Assembly (NCBI RefSeq): GCF_000150275.1
Contig: NW_002061016.1
Location: forward strand, 1 to 32,380
Length of the DNA stretch: 32,380 bases
Source: Trichoplax adhaerens
Taxonomy: Eukaryota > Animalia > Placozoa
Reading direction: 5' to 3'
The notes beneath the pieces are model-generated. The model did not search any database. It was not told the origin of the DNA and saw nothing but the letters and a program-made list of their open reading frames with translations. Positions 1 through 11,388 of this stretch are shown here, in pieces; positions within the stretch are counted from its first letter, which is position 1, and every line of letters starts with the position of its first letter. The translations under genes were made by a program, and so were the position numbers.

Positions 1-420
1 ATAATGTCTGTATTAATTTAGCTATCAAATATGAGCTAAATTTCGTGAGCTGTTATGACTCATACATGATAGCTGCTGCCGAAGGGTATTTAAGCTCGGC
101 AAATAGTTGAATAAAAGAAGAGTTATATAGTTGTTTTAACGTAGAAACAAAGGTGTCTAAATTCTCGTGAGATAGTTAAGGAATACTGAATCCCGGAAAT
201 TATAGTAATTTAGAGATTTGTTTTAGGTTATCTTTGGCACGAAGCTGGTTTGTGACAAGATAATGATGATCTGTTTGAGAAAAAGTATTCTGTTTGATGA
301 CCCAAGTCTGATTTGCAGCTTATTATGTTGCCATAAATAGATTTAACGAAATGTATTTAAGAACTGTGGAGATGAGCTCACATTGGAGAGACTTCATTTC
401 ACTTTGAGCTCTAAATACTA
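1..420 (-). pseudogene. Decayed coding relic, possibly death-fold domain; 1-257 is an inverted copy of 6795-7050
   Basis: The reverse complement of 1-257 aligns closely to 6795-7050. The minus frame reads ...HHYLVTNQLRAKDNLKQISKLL*FPGFSIP*LSHENLDTFVSTLKQLYNSSFIQLFAELKYPSAAAIMYES*, a helical pattern reminiscent of death domains. The repeat is certain; the domain call is weak. Confidence 0.4.
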
Positions 421-1458
421 GATTCTCGTAGTAATAAATTATTGCTCTACTAATCCTAAACCTTGCCATAAAGCCTTTCAGAAATTTTCATTTGACTACG
501 ACAGTTATTTGTGAGATACTTTCATTACAATAATATACTAGAATCAACAAGCTAGGAGCTAGTTCAGTTTTACTCAAATCGTTTCAGTGATATGATTGTG
601 ATTCCAAGAAATGCTGTTGAGCCTCATAGACAATATCATTGCTAATATACTTCTTTTAGCTTTGACACTTAGAGAGAGCCCGATTCTAAAATAACAGAAT
701 CAAAATTTTCGCCTATATAAACGCTTCAGAAATTGTATTATCTGCTGTCGATTATAGTTCACAAAGCAAAATTATTCTAATAATTAATATTGTTTACTTA
801 TTAATTTGAAACCTAATTGTTTTCCATCTGTTGACTTAATTAATGGCTATAATCAAGGAAATTACGTAATTAAGTCATTAAATATAAGAAAATTTATGTT
901 ATTAATACCAACAAATCCGATAGATTCTTTAAATTACCCGTAAGTAATCTCGATTAATACATTTAAAATAAAATATTATAATTGCACATCCTCTATTAGG
1001 AATAGGTACAGTACGATAATAATGTAGAGATAGGCTCACATAGTAATTGATAATTTTATATTTTGAAATACGAGTTTCTTTGATGCTATGAGCCTGTTAG
1101 TCAGCAATTAATACCCGACAACAATATACGTGTATACGTATATTGGATATTATCTTATATAGTTTGATATTAATACTAAATTAATTAAAACAATTAGACT
1201 AATTTTATGATATTTTACCAGTGAGTAACAATAACATGATCATTTTCATTTAGTATTTGTCGCCGTAGCCGTCTCATTTTCATTCGTTCCATATACGTAT
1301 TATATGCTACGCTATAAGTAAAAATTAAAAATTTCTTAGAGCTCTTACTGGCAAGATGTACGAATCTCCTTGCAACTGAAGATTGATAGATCAATAGACT
1401 GTTTAAGAAGTTTTAAATAGTCCGATTTGTATGCTACTCGTTGGTTAATAATCAATAA

Positions 1459-2475
1459 ATGGCATCAATATTTAATAGCAATTATGTCGCCGTAGGCATA
1501 GCTTGGACATTCGGCATAATTGGGACGCTAGCTAATATCGTTGCGCTTATTACAGCGAAAGCTCAAATCCAAAGATTGAAAGCCGTATCTACAATTTCAT
1601 CCCCTATAGTATATAGCATACGCAATCCTATAAAGCATCAAGCTTTTCTGATTTTTATGATTAATTTGGCGATTTCTGATTTGTTTGGCTCATTATATTT
1701 ATTGCTTATGGGAAGCTCCGATCTCTATTCTAGATTAGATAACCTAGAAGTTGCTAATGCCTCAAATTCTATTTCCAATTCCACTCCTGTTGACATCGCT
1801 TGGCCATATCATCCAACTTGCTACATGGCAAGGTCTTTGCTGATTCTTTCCATAAGCGAATCAACCACTTTAACAGTATTAATTGCAACCGAAAGATACA
1901 TGCTAGTTATGTGGCCCTTTTCTAATCACAATCATATTACTCCTAAGAGAGCAGTGATTCAATCTGTAATTTCCTGGAATACCAGCATAGTATTAGCTAT
2001 AACTTGCAATATTATAGCGGCCAAAACTCTGTTACCTCCTCCCAGTAGGTACACTTATCGCTATCATAACTTGTGCTACATCGATGATATCAATAATTCC
2101 TCGGTTCGATTATTCTTCTTATCCATGATAGTCCTTGGCTTAATATCCCATGTAATAATTATATGCACATATATTATTATTGCGTGCAAATTTCATTACG
2201 GCCCCAATAGGAGACTTAAAACAATTTATCATTCACGAGCTAAGTTACCAAAAAAAGCTGTATTTCTAGCATATACTATCGGATTTGTCAATTTTATTGC
2301 TTGGTTCCCAGCCTTCGCGGTGGGATTAATTATATTTTGTAATTATCAATTTCTAGTGGATAATATACTTTTTCAAGACGTTATTGCCATAATATATTTG
2401 CTTCTTCAAGCTAAATGCAGTATTAATCCAATTATTTTTATAATATCTTCACGTAAAAAATTCTCTATTTGCTAA
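1459..2475 (+). CDS. Intact single-exon class A GPCR, LGR/RXFP (glycoprotein-hormone/relaxin receptor)-like 7TM without LRR ectodomain, 338 aa
   Basis: Seven hydrophobic segments with INLAISDL (TM2), C..AR..LIATERY (TM3), W in TM4, NFIAWFP (TM6) and CSINPIIF (TM7). An in-frame TAA lies immediately before the ATG. Confidence 0.93.
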   Translation: MASIFNSNYVAVGIAWTFGIIGTLANIVALITAKAQIQRLKAVSTISSPIVYSIRNPIKHQAFLIFMINLAISDLFGSLYLLLMGSSDLYSRLDNLEVANASNSISNSTPVDIAWPYHPTCYMARSLLILSISESTTLTVLIATERYMLVMWPFSNHNHITPKRAVIQSVISWNTSIVLAITCNIIAAKTLLPPPSRYTYRYHNLCYIDDINNSSVRLFFLSMIVLGLISHVIIICTYIIIACKFHYGPNRRLKTIYHSRAKLPKKAVFLAYTIGFVNFIAWFPAFAVGLIIFCNYQFLVDNILFQDVIAIIYLLLQAKCSINPIIFIISSRKKFSIC

Positions 2476-2479
2476 ATCG

Positions 2480-3330
2480 AAATGAATGCCTGATAGTATT
2501 CATAGAAGTTTGGGATAAATTTTTCATGTTGAAATTAGATTATAAGAAATTCGCCTAACTAACAATTTACTTTGAACACCGCCAAAAAAATGATTCCAAT
2601 ACCTTAATTTCATTTAGCTGACTTATTGGATGTTGTAGATGATGCAATGCCATTGATTGGCTGAAATATTATTCTATGCAAACATACCGTTCACCTAGAA
2701 TTACTTAATTATCACAGGACCTATTTCTAAGATACCTACCTTGGAAAACGAATCCATATCGTAGGACGATTGATTTGAATTACATTATTTTTTTCAACCT
2801 TATCACGATAATAGCATCCATTTATCCCTAAATCAGCTCTAAATTTACAAATTTGTAATTATTGATAGTTCTGTCTTGTTTTGGTATACCATTCATTTGG
2901 AAGATCTCTTTATAAGAAGTGGCAAATGAAAATATTCAGTGTTTGCATTTTTTTTAACGATCTATTTACAAGATTAACTGGTATTAACATCATTTAATGA
3001 AATAGTGAAACGTCTCCTAAAATCTAGAATTCTCAATTTAAAAGAATTTAGCTTTTTTCGATACGGACAGTAATGCTTCATGATTTATTTCATATATTAA
3101 ATTTAACACATTAATATCAATTTCATTAAATATTGACACTTATTTTAAGTAAAATGTAAAGGCATGGAACATGTCCTTGATTTTATTTCTTAAAGTTTAG
3201 TATTTACTACTCACAATAAGCTGAAATTCATTCTTTAAAAGAGTAAAATCCAGCTTCAATCTCTCAATAACTTTTGTCATATTTATAAAAAATTCAGAAT
3301 TTAAGAATCATTACTGTTAATCTAAATCAC
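2480..3330 (-). pseudogene. Decayed leucine-rich-repeat coding remnant
   Basis: Minus-strand fragments SEFFINMTKVIERLKLDFT, SFKLRILDFR and NEIKVLESFF/GGVQSKLLVRRISYNLIST (2583-2527) fit LxxLxLxxNxI, with stops and frameshifts. Boundaries are approximate. Confidence 0.55.
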
Positions 3331-3502
3331 ATTAAAAAATGATTGAATCTAAAGCATGAACAATCAGATTGATCTCTTTCTTTTCTTTATAATAAAAGTA
3401 TAACAGTATTCTACTGCGTACGACTCAAAAATCAGTCACCTCCTTGCCGCTTTAATTCTGCCGGAGATATATAGTTTTAAGATCAAGATGATACTAACCA
3501 TA

Positions 3503-3901
3503 TGTCACAAATCCCACTTGTGATTTGGTTATGTAAGGCGCTATAGTAATTGTGTAAAGCTTCCACTGACTTGGGCGCCTTCTACTAAGGGAAAACTAAC
3601 TCTTTCCTCACAGTCACACAACTACTCAGGTTTCTTTCAAACCACTACTTTTTATTCGGCCATCCGATTTCTAGTCTCTACTAGCTTGTCCTAGCCCGGA
3701 GCGACTACTACTTAAGTTAATCCTATATTACACAATATTATATCCAGGTAAATATAATTAAATCTTTGTTGATTGCTCCATTTATAATAATTGTAAACAA
3801 CCAGTACTAATGCCCCATGGTTGTCTACCAAAATGGTAAACAACCGGGTTAATCAATTATTATTGCCTAATTTATAATTTACGGAGCTACACTTCGTAAC
3901 A
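3503..3901. mobile_element. Solo-LTR-like element (399 bp)
   Basis: Starts TGTCAC, ends GTAACA, with a perfect 5-bp TSD CCATA (3498-3502 / 3902-3906). One end resembles the reverse complement of the end of 15291-15845. Confidence 0.75.
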
Positions 3902-4496
3902 CCATACTATAGAAAATATAATGGCTCTGAAAAATTTACAGTCACTGCGTATAATACGACGTTAATACCTTATTCAAAAACTCAAATACGGACAGCTAAC
4001 ACTCTGATAGTATAGCATACATGTTACATGTAAAAATTACATTAGTTAACAAATTGCATACATAAAACGCCATTGCCTTAAATTTAATAATAAATTGACT
4101 GCTGGAAGCATCCATCCAGCTTGGCAAAGGTTAAAGACATAAAAAACTATTACGAATATTAAAACAAGCTATTCGAATATACTACTGCACGTAGTACTAT
4201 CACTCCCTCATTCGTAGCAAAGATTCGCAAAGTACTTCAGTGCAAGTGCGATAACTCTGACGACTTCCCCTTCTATTTTCAGTCTCTACGGGTGCGATGC
4301 ATTAAAACTCGATTCCTTAGCAGAATCCCATATGCGACTGATTAATTGCTACATTTTCCTTCACATTACGACTCCCATACAGTTCTTAAGCAATTTTTAC
4401 GTTTATTCTACAACCACACACACTTAAACTGATTTCCATAGTAAATTCTAGTGTTAACAGGAGTGAATTCATATGATACAAGTTATATAAATTAAT

Positions 4497-5385
4497 ATGT
4501 GGGTATCTACAATTGCTAAATAGTTATGTAAATATTCTGGAATTTTGGTAGCTGCGGGCTAGCGGGTATTGAGATGCTAATCTTCGGATGATATACGGTT
4601 TAATTGTTAGAGCTTGGTACACCTTTTTATAAACTGTAAATTAAGACGCAATAGTCTAGATTTTATATCAAATTCTATCGCAGCAGCATAAACTTCAAGC
4701 TCAGTAAAATTGCACATCAAGCACAGTATATGATCTTATTTAGACTATTTAAAATTATTCGCTATTCTTTAATCAATAATTATTTAGTTGTTAAACATAA
4801 TGACATAACAAGTACCCAGATAGTAAAGTATAAGTTATATGCTATCACCGTTTAAACATCAAAAGCTATTAAATTTTTTTTAATGGTATTTCAGCAAGTA
4901 AAAGATTGCGTGCAGTAACTATGCGTAAAATTTAGTATACGAATATGTTAAACGTAATTGTATCAAGCTAATATCATCTTAATATTAATTGCTATTGAAT
5001 ATTGCTCTATTAATGACTTTATGTAATGGCTTTTTATATGTATTTTGTGATAGCATGCAAAGTCCAGCAAGTCAATAGTAGCAAAATCTTAACTAGAATA
5101 AATTATAACAATCAGAAGCCGGAAAGAAAAATTTGAAAATAGCCGTTACAATTTCGATGGCAAATTTTATAGCTTAGCTGCCTGCTTTTATTGTAGGATT
5201 TATTACGATTACCGATTCTAATTTTGTAGCAAAGCTTCCCACTTTTAGCAAAATTTCTTCTACGAGTCTTTATTATGTTTTAATCCAACTCCTGTATTAA
5301 TCCGATAATACATATATTTTCTACCAGGAAAAAAACAACAAGCGCAATTCATAATAAAAATCCTAATGTAATGTGGATTGTTTAG
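4497..5385 (+). pseudogene. Heavily decayed paralog of the LGR-like GPCRs
   Basis: Remnants in order: LLNSYVNILEFW..CGLAGI (TM1), IILILIAIEY (TM3), MYFVIACKVQ (end of TM5), ANFIA*LPAFIVG (TM6, TGG>TAG at 5175), SNSCINPIIHIFSTRKK (TM7). Several frameshifts; TM4 and most of TM5 appear deleted. Confidence 0.85.
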
Positions 5386-5832
5386 GATGAGGAAAGTATC
5401 AAGACTGTAGCATGTGACTATTATTGCTAAAGTGTGAATGGAATAGATGTAAAACTGTTACTGAAATATTACTATAACTTTAGCTTTATTTTATGATTAT
5501 TCTACGGCTAGCATGGAGAGGCGATAACGCAGTTAAAGACAAACTAGTACACAAACAATTGGATGTGACAGCTTTAAAGATTTTATATAATTCTTGCCAT
5601 TAATAGACATTACCGAGCAGTATTTACATATGCAGAGTATCTAAATCGTGACCTATTTGCCTGGCCTTGAACAAATATAAAATTTAAATACAATATTTAA
5701 CTTATTCTTAGTAAGCTAGAAATCATACGAATACAAGTTAATTTTAAAATTTATCATAAATTTTGATGAGAGAATTTCGAACTAAGCAATGTAAAAGAGG
5801 TATACTTTGATGAATGAAACTGAGTAGCCCCT

Positions 5833-6170
5833 TGTCACACATCACTAGGGACAAACTAGTCTACACACGCCAATGCTTATGAAGAATGGCTCTTACTGAC
5901 TTTAAGAGGCGAAACTAGCTACATCACCAAAATAATTCAGTTCCTAAGACCGAATACTATAGTATAAGTACAGCTTCACTGATAGTGTAGGCGAGATAGC
6001 CAGAGATTTACTACTATTTATTACTGAAGAAAGCTTGACAACCAAGATTAAAGTCTTGACAATTTAATAGCAATTGACAAACTAGTTGACTAACTAACCG
6101 ACTAACTAACTAAAAAGTGGTCTTTAGGCACCAGCCTTTTATAGTCTCGTCAGAAACTCCTGTTGCACAT
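5833..6170 (-). mobile_element. LTR-like fragment
   Basis: Starts TGTCAC. The minus strand carries CGAGACTATAAAAGGC, shared with CGAGACTATAAAAAGC near 9762, plus an AATAAA. No TSD found and the far end is uncertain. Confidence 0.4.
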
Positions 6171-6285
6171 AAAATAAAATTATCCTTCTAAAGTTATCTA
6201 ACAGACGTATAGATTATTATATATTAATCATCATTAGACCAGATAAATTACCATAGAAAACTTGCTCTATACATTATGGCTGTGG

Positions 6286-7365
6286 CGTCATAAACCAGCA
6301 TTACGAAAAGGTTTACGCACAAGAAAATCTCTAAATTTCTAAATTTTCGGGATTCGGTATCTCTAAACTACTCACAAGAACTTAGACGCTTTTGCTTCTA
6401 CGTTACAAAGCTAGGGAACTGATTTTATTTAATAATTTGGAGAGTCTAAATGCTTTTTGGTAATGGCTAACATTAATGAATCATCTTACAAAAATATTTA
6501 TCGATGAGGACATTTACCGGCTGATTTTACCTTATCAGACTTCTGTATGTCCATTCGCATCGTCATTTTAATATACCTACATTCTAATATTGATCATAAT
6601 TACAGCTACAAAAACTTGTACTGTATTTAAATATTATATAAGAATTTTATTACAGTAAAAAATATAGTATACTGTAACATAAAGTATTATACCTTTAGTA
6701 ATTCCTAATGTAAGTAATTAATTGTAATCGCCATATATAAATGTTAATTCGTTAAATTTAGTCTTTTAATTCTTCACGATGGTGCGTACGTTGATGTCAC
6801 AAACCAGCTTCGTGACAAAGATAGCGCAAAACAAATCTCTCCATTACTATAGTTTCCGGGATTCAGTATCCCTTAACTGTTTTACAAGAATTTAGACACC
6901 TTTGGTTCTACGTTGAGCAGCAATAGAACTCCTCCTTTATTCAACTATCTGCCGACCTTAAACACCCTTCGGCAGCAGCTATCATCTATGAGTCATAACA
7001 GCTCACGAAATTTAGTTCATATTGGATATCTAAATTAATACAGAAATTATTTATAATCTTAGACATATACTGAACGATTCTAGACAATTATATTAAAGTA
7101 TATCCATACACAGAATTATTAATAGTATCATATATTATTGAATATTTTTAGGATATTCATCACAAGCATTGCAAGACTTAACACTACAATCAATTAACAT
7201 TTGTTACCGTATAAGAACTCTTACTATAGTGCAATACAACATAATTTAAATTAACAAAATAATAACTGCTGTAGTTCTTACTTTAATTCACTATTAGTTA
7301 TCTCCATATATAAATGTTAACCACTAAATTTAGTCTCTTACTCTTCACGGTGTTTCGTACCGTGG
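6286..7365 (+). repeat. Diverged tandem duplication of a ~510-570 bp unit carrying the death-fold-like relic
   Basis: 6286-6490 is a diverged copy of 6795-7000. 6731-6790 matches 7304-7361 (ccatatataaatgttaa...aaatttagtct...tcttcacg). The conserved frame gives LD(T/A)F(V/G/A)STL in all three copies. Confidence 0.7.
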
Positions 7366-7440
7366 CACTTGACAAGTTGTAGTAACAGTACTATATTCTT
7401 ATTAGATCTTATAATAGATTAGAGTAGTAATCTATAGAAG

Positions 7441-8000
7441 TGTGATATATACCAATCATGAAATTCCAAATTTTAGAAAAATAAGGGCTTTATTGAATCT
7501 TATACAAAGATTAACTACACACAGCTCTACTCTAGCCGAATACTACTACGAAAAACTTCTACAACGAACTAACTGAATAATCTAAAGTTGCATGCTTTTA
7601 TACTTTTCGTAGCATTCGCAGCTACAATCCGCATGGCAACCTTTTACCTTATTTTACACATAGTTAAATTATTCTTAGTAAGACTATTCTACTGCGGACC
7701 ATCATTAATCCAATATGGATACGACTACAGTACTGGCGTAGACATTATTCACACCAGCCAAAGTACAATGAATTAACCATATCCTAATTTATGATTTATA
7801 GTTCTATTTTTACCTATAGCCTTATTAGTAACTCAACACCTTACTGTACGTATATAGTCATCAGTACTCTAGCATAGAGTCTATACCACTACAGTCTACA
7901 GTATAGTTATAGCTACCAAATATCTCTTAGGATAAATATCTATCGTACATTATACTAAACATGGCTAACAGTCTACAATCACAATAGTAGTTACATTACA
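7441..8000 (-). mobile_element. Solo-LTR-like element (560 bp), same family as 30781-31160
   Basis: TGTGAT...ATTACA ends, TSD AGAAG/GGAAG, AATAAA on the minus strand near 7490. Collinear similarity with 30781-31160. ORF 7588-7776 lies within it and is likely spurious. Confidence 0.8.
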
Positions 8001-8039
8001 GGAAGTAACTTAAAATAAGTGCTTTACGTTAAAATAGTA

Positions 8040-8790
8040 AACTTATCAGGAATTAATTCGTGGTATGGATAATGTAAAAAAACTGATCAAGTATACTTAA
8101 AAAATGCAGATAATGGTTTCGGCGACAATCTCTTATTGAATACCAATCTTCACATATCAATAATTATAATAGAACGCTTTTAAGAAAAATCCCCCTAAAA
8201 CTGGAGTTAATAATTTATTGAGTCTGAAGAGGTTATTTGCTATAATGATACGAGTATTACTGATAAAGAAATGCTTCAAGATACAAAAATACGTTTTTAG
8301 AGATTTAGATTCAGCTTAATCTGAGTAGAAGTCTCTTACATATTATACTTAGCCCCTATACTTTGAAAGATAGTGTCTCTATTACTACTGTATAGCAAAT
8401 TTTCTAATAGACTAGTTACCCTTCAAATCGTACTTTGTCGCTAATAATTAACTATTAATAGATAGATATGAAAAGCATTCTCCACAGTTGAATAAAATTG
8501 TTACATTATTATTTAAAGCAAATTATTTCTCTTGATTTGGAGATGAACCACCGTAGTTTATATCAGTAATAATCCCGTGCAAGATGATTTAGAAAACGAA
8601 TACATATTTAGGGATTTGATGAGTCTATTAACTTCAATAGCAATGAAGATCTAGAGAAAGTGAACGGTAATAACGGTAAAACCTACAGTAATAGGCTTTT
8701 AATGTCAAACTAGGATACCTAAGCGCATATGAATAAGCCACCTTAGAATTAATAACATGACCTTTTAATAGTTTACGAGGTACTATTTAT
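8040..8790 (+). pseudogene. Decayed LRR-coding remnant (LGR-ectodomain-like)
   Basis: Fragments QELIRGMDNVKKLI, ADNGFGDNLLLNTNLHIS, GVNNLLSLKRLFA, QKYVFRDLDS, LKQIISLDLEMN and VVYISNNPVQDDLENEYIFRDLMSLLT (8553-8633), with multiple stops and frameshifts. Confidence 0.6.
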
Positions 8791-9380
8791 TGAAAAGGTA
8801 AGATAAAAATAGGAACAGATTTTAATCTATCTGAAAATGATATTATTATATATAGAGTATAAATATCTTCAATAGCATTATCGAATAATTTCAATTTAGT
8901 GATATCAAGTACAAATATTACCATATTACTAATGGAAATGATGTACTGATATTAATTTCGTAGGAATCTACTGTAATGGAAGTACTGTAACATACTTATG
9001 CTAAGTTCAATAAGATATTTGGTACGATTAAATAATTCCAGTATTATCTGGAGATCGTAAACAAGATGGTTGCATAATTATATAAATTAATGCAGTGAAG
9101 ACCGTCCTTATTCTTGAGATTGCAGATTTACAATCTGCAGTTGTAGAAATTTTGTTAACGAGAATACGTAATAAACTCTGTTTTACTTAAAGTCTTTTAT
9201 GACAATAATATACCAGTGAAGAAATATGAAAATTTATTACGTGACCAAACTATGTTAACAGACATAAGTGTACTAATTGTCCTCTCTTTTTAATATCTAT
9301 TGTAGTAGGGTAAGATTTGCTTCATTAATCAATTACATTTAATTAGTGCTCAATTAAGACTTTTTAATTTCTAATTCCTA

Positions 9381-9417
9381 GTACAGTACATTACAGTACA
9401 GTACTGTACACAGTACA
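9381..9417. repeat. Imperfect (CAGTA)n microsatellite
   Basis: gtacagtacattacagtacagtactgtacacagtaca. Confidence 0.7.
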
Positions 9418-9535
9418 CGATATAAAGTTACTGAACCTCTGACAGGTCTACACGGTACGGTATAAAGTTACTGAACCTCTCTTAAATGAGCACATTATCG
9501 TAAACCGTCAGTAAAGCGACGGGAGTTTGCACTAG
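9412..9535 (+). mobile_element. Short non-autonomous Helitron-like element
   Basis: Hairpin CCGTC-agtaaagc-GACGG (9505-9522), then CTAG|T at 9532-9535. Contains an internal 20-bp duplication (tataaagttactgaacctct). An inverted second copy lies at 15112-15224. Confidence 0.6.
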
Positions 9536-9585
9536 TGTTTATTAATAATTACTTGCTATTGCCAAGGTATCAGAAAGTTCAATAT

Positions 9586-10051
9586 TGTTGACGTGTCGGA
9601 GCTAACACGCTTAGTCAGTAAACGTTAATTATAACACCTTAAGTGTAAGGTGCAATTACTTTGCAGAGCCTTGAGGCTCTAGTTGCTATACTAGGATATG
9701 TGTACTGTACAGTGTAAGTCGCTATGTCAAGAATATTCGCAAGTGTACCGTCGGTGTTGGCCGAGACTATAAAAAGCCGAGTACTAGCTTAGCTGCTCAG
9801 TTCCAATTAGTCATTTGCAGGATCTTTTGACTATTATTGCTAAAAGTATTCTTACGTTTTTCTTTAGTACATTTTACGACTAAGATTACCGAAAATAAAG
9901 TGAAGTATTTAAACCTATTACTCATTATTAGCTTGTTTGTGTAGCTGAGAGTTAGTTCAACCACGATAGGTCCCTAAGTTATTAGGAATACGAGTACTAG
10001 TGAAGATAGTGTTTAAGACCCATTTTCTACTTGCAAAGGAGATTTGTAATA
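9586..10051 (+). mobile_element. LTR-like element, degenerate ends
   Basis: TG start, TATAAAA near 9768, AATAAA near 9894, and a motif shared with 5833-6170. The TSD is not clean. Confidence 0.35.
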
Positions 10052-10342
10052 TAATATTCGAATACAATAAAATTTTACTAAAAAACTGTAATCAATAGCA
10101 AGGAAAAAAACATCAATTTTATACATTTAGTATTGCTATTGTACCCTACTATTAATAGTTAATTAGTGCATAATTGTATGCTATTTCACAACAATTTACG
10201 TATACAGCAGCTGCTATCAACTATGTACGCTAAATGTCTAGATGAGATCTACATTTTCCGAATTCACTATCTTGTATATATGCTCAAGTACGTCCGATTC
10301 CTATTTATAAACTGATTTTATTTATTCTATTAAGACATCAAG

Positions 10343-11388
10343 ATGTCGTCAATCTTGTTCGATAATTATCTGATTATTATCATATTATGGGTAGCCGGGA
10401 TAGCTGGAATCGTTGGAAATTCTTACGTTCTCTATAGTGTGTTTTCTTTTCGGAAAATCGGTAATACAGTTAACACGAAATTGTCAATCCGTCGTCCTCA
10501 AGGGAGAGCGTTAAATCGTGCACGAGGAAGAACGTTTGTAATATTAATCTTTAACCTGGCAATAGGTGATTTACTGGGTTCTGGCCATCTAATAATCGTA
10601 GCGATATCAGATATTCGCTATCGATTTGTCAAGATCACACTATCAAATATTAGCAATCCTCTGCCTGTTCTAGAATATTCAAGGTGGTTAGATGATCCAG
10701 CTTGTTATTTAGCAAGATTCCTTCACATTACATCTATTACTATATCAATATGTTTAATGGGTTTAATTGCCATTGATCGATTTTTTCGCATTGTATTTCC
10801 ATTTTCTACGAATTTACGAATAACATCAAAATATGCGATAATATCTGTTCTAATTTCTTGGTTGGCATCTATGGTACTCGCTATATTAGGGGATTATTTT
10901 GCATATTTGTCTCGTACAATCGGTTTAAATATAATTCAACTATATCAAATTCGTAATTTATGCACCATTGATATTGCCTTCAACAACAGCGAGAAAGTAT
11001 ACTTATCGACAATGATCATGACTGGTTCTATAATCTATATTATGGCCATATGTATGTATAGCATGATTACAGTAAAAATCAAACAAATAAGTGCAGCCAG
11101 TGATATAAACAAAGCTACTTTAATCGATCATAAATTGGAAAAAGAGTTTTAACTACGGCAATTGTGATCGCAATAACAAATTTTATCACTTGGTTCCCTG
11201 CATTTATTGCAGGACTTATTTCAGTCTTTAATTACACTAACATATTTGGTAAGAGCAACTTTATCATAATTTCTGCCATATTTAACGTTATATTTCAGGC
11301 AAATTGCAGTATTAATCCAATTATATTTGTAATGTCTACTCGTAAGAAACAAATATCCATTCTTAAAGTCAGATCTAGCGTTCGTTAA
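10343..11388 (+). pseudogene. LGR-like GPCR paralog split by a single 1-bp frameshift (348 aa if restored); could be an intact gene with a sequencing error
   Basis: ORFs 10343-11152 (TM1-5) and 11164-11388 (TM6-7) join if one A is added to the A5 run at 11139-11143, giving ...HKLEKRVLTTAIVIAITNFITWFP. This matches the paralog's AEGKVLIIAIVIVITNF. Confidence 0.88.

Noticed and set aside
4022-4480. Possible additional LTR starting TGTTACA
   Set aside because: No matching 3' end or TSD found.
7588-7776. 62-aa hydrophobic ORF
   Set aside because: Non-ATG start, inside a solo-LTR-like repeat.
9421-9480. CRISPR-like repeat-spacer-repeat (20-bp repeat, 20-bp spacer)
   Set aside because: Only two units, eukaryotic context, no cas genes. 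It is an internal duplication of the Helitron-like element.
11139-11152. Programmed -1 ribosomal frameshift in the GPCR
   Set aside because: No canonical X XXY YYZ heptamer in frame, and the paralogs are in frame here. A simple indel is sufficient.
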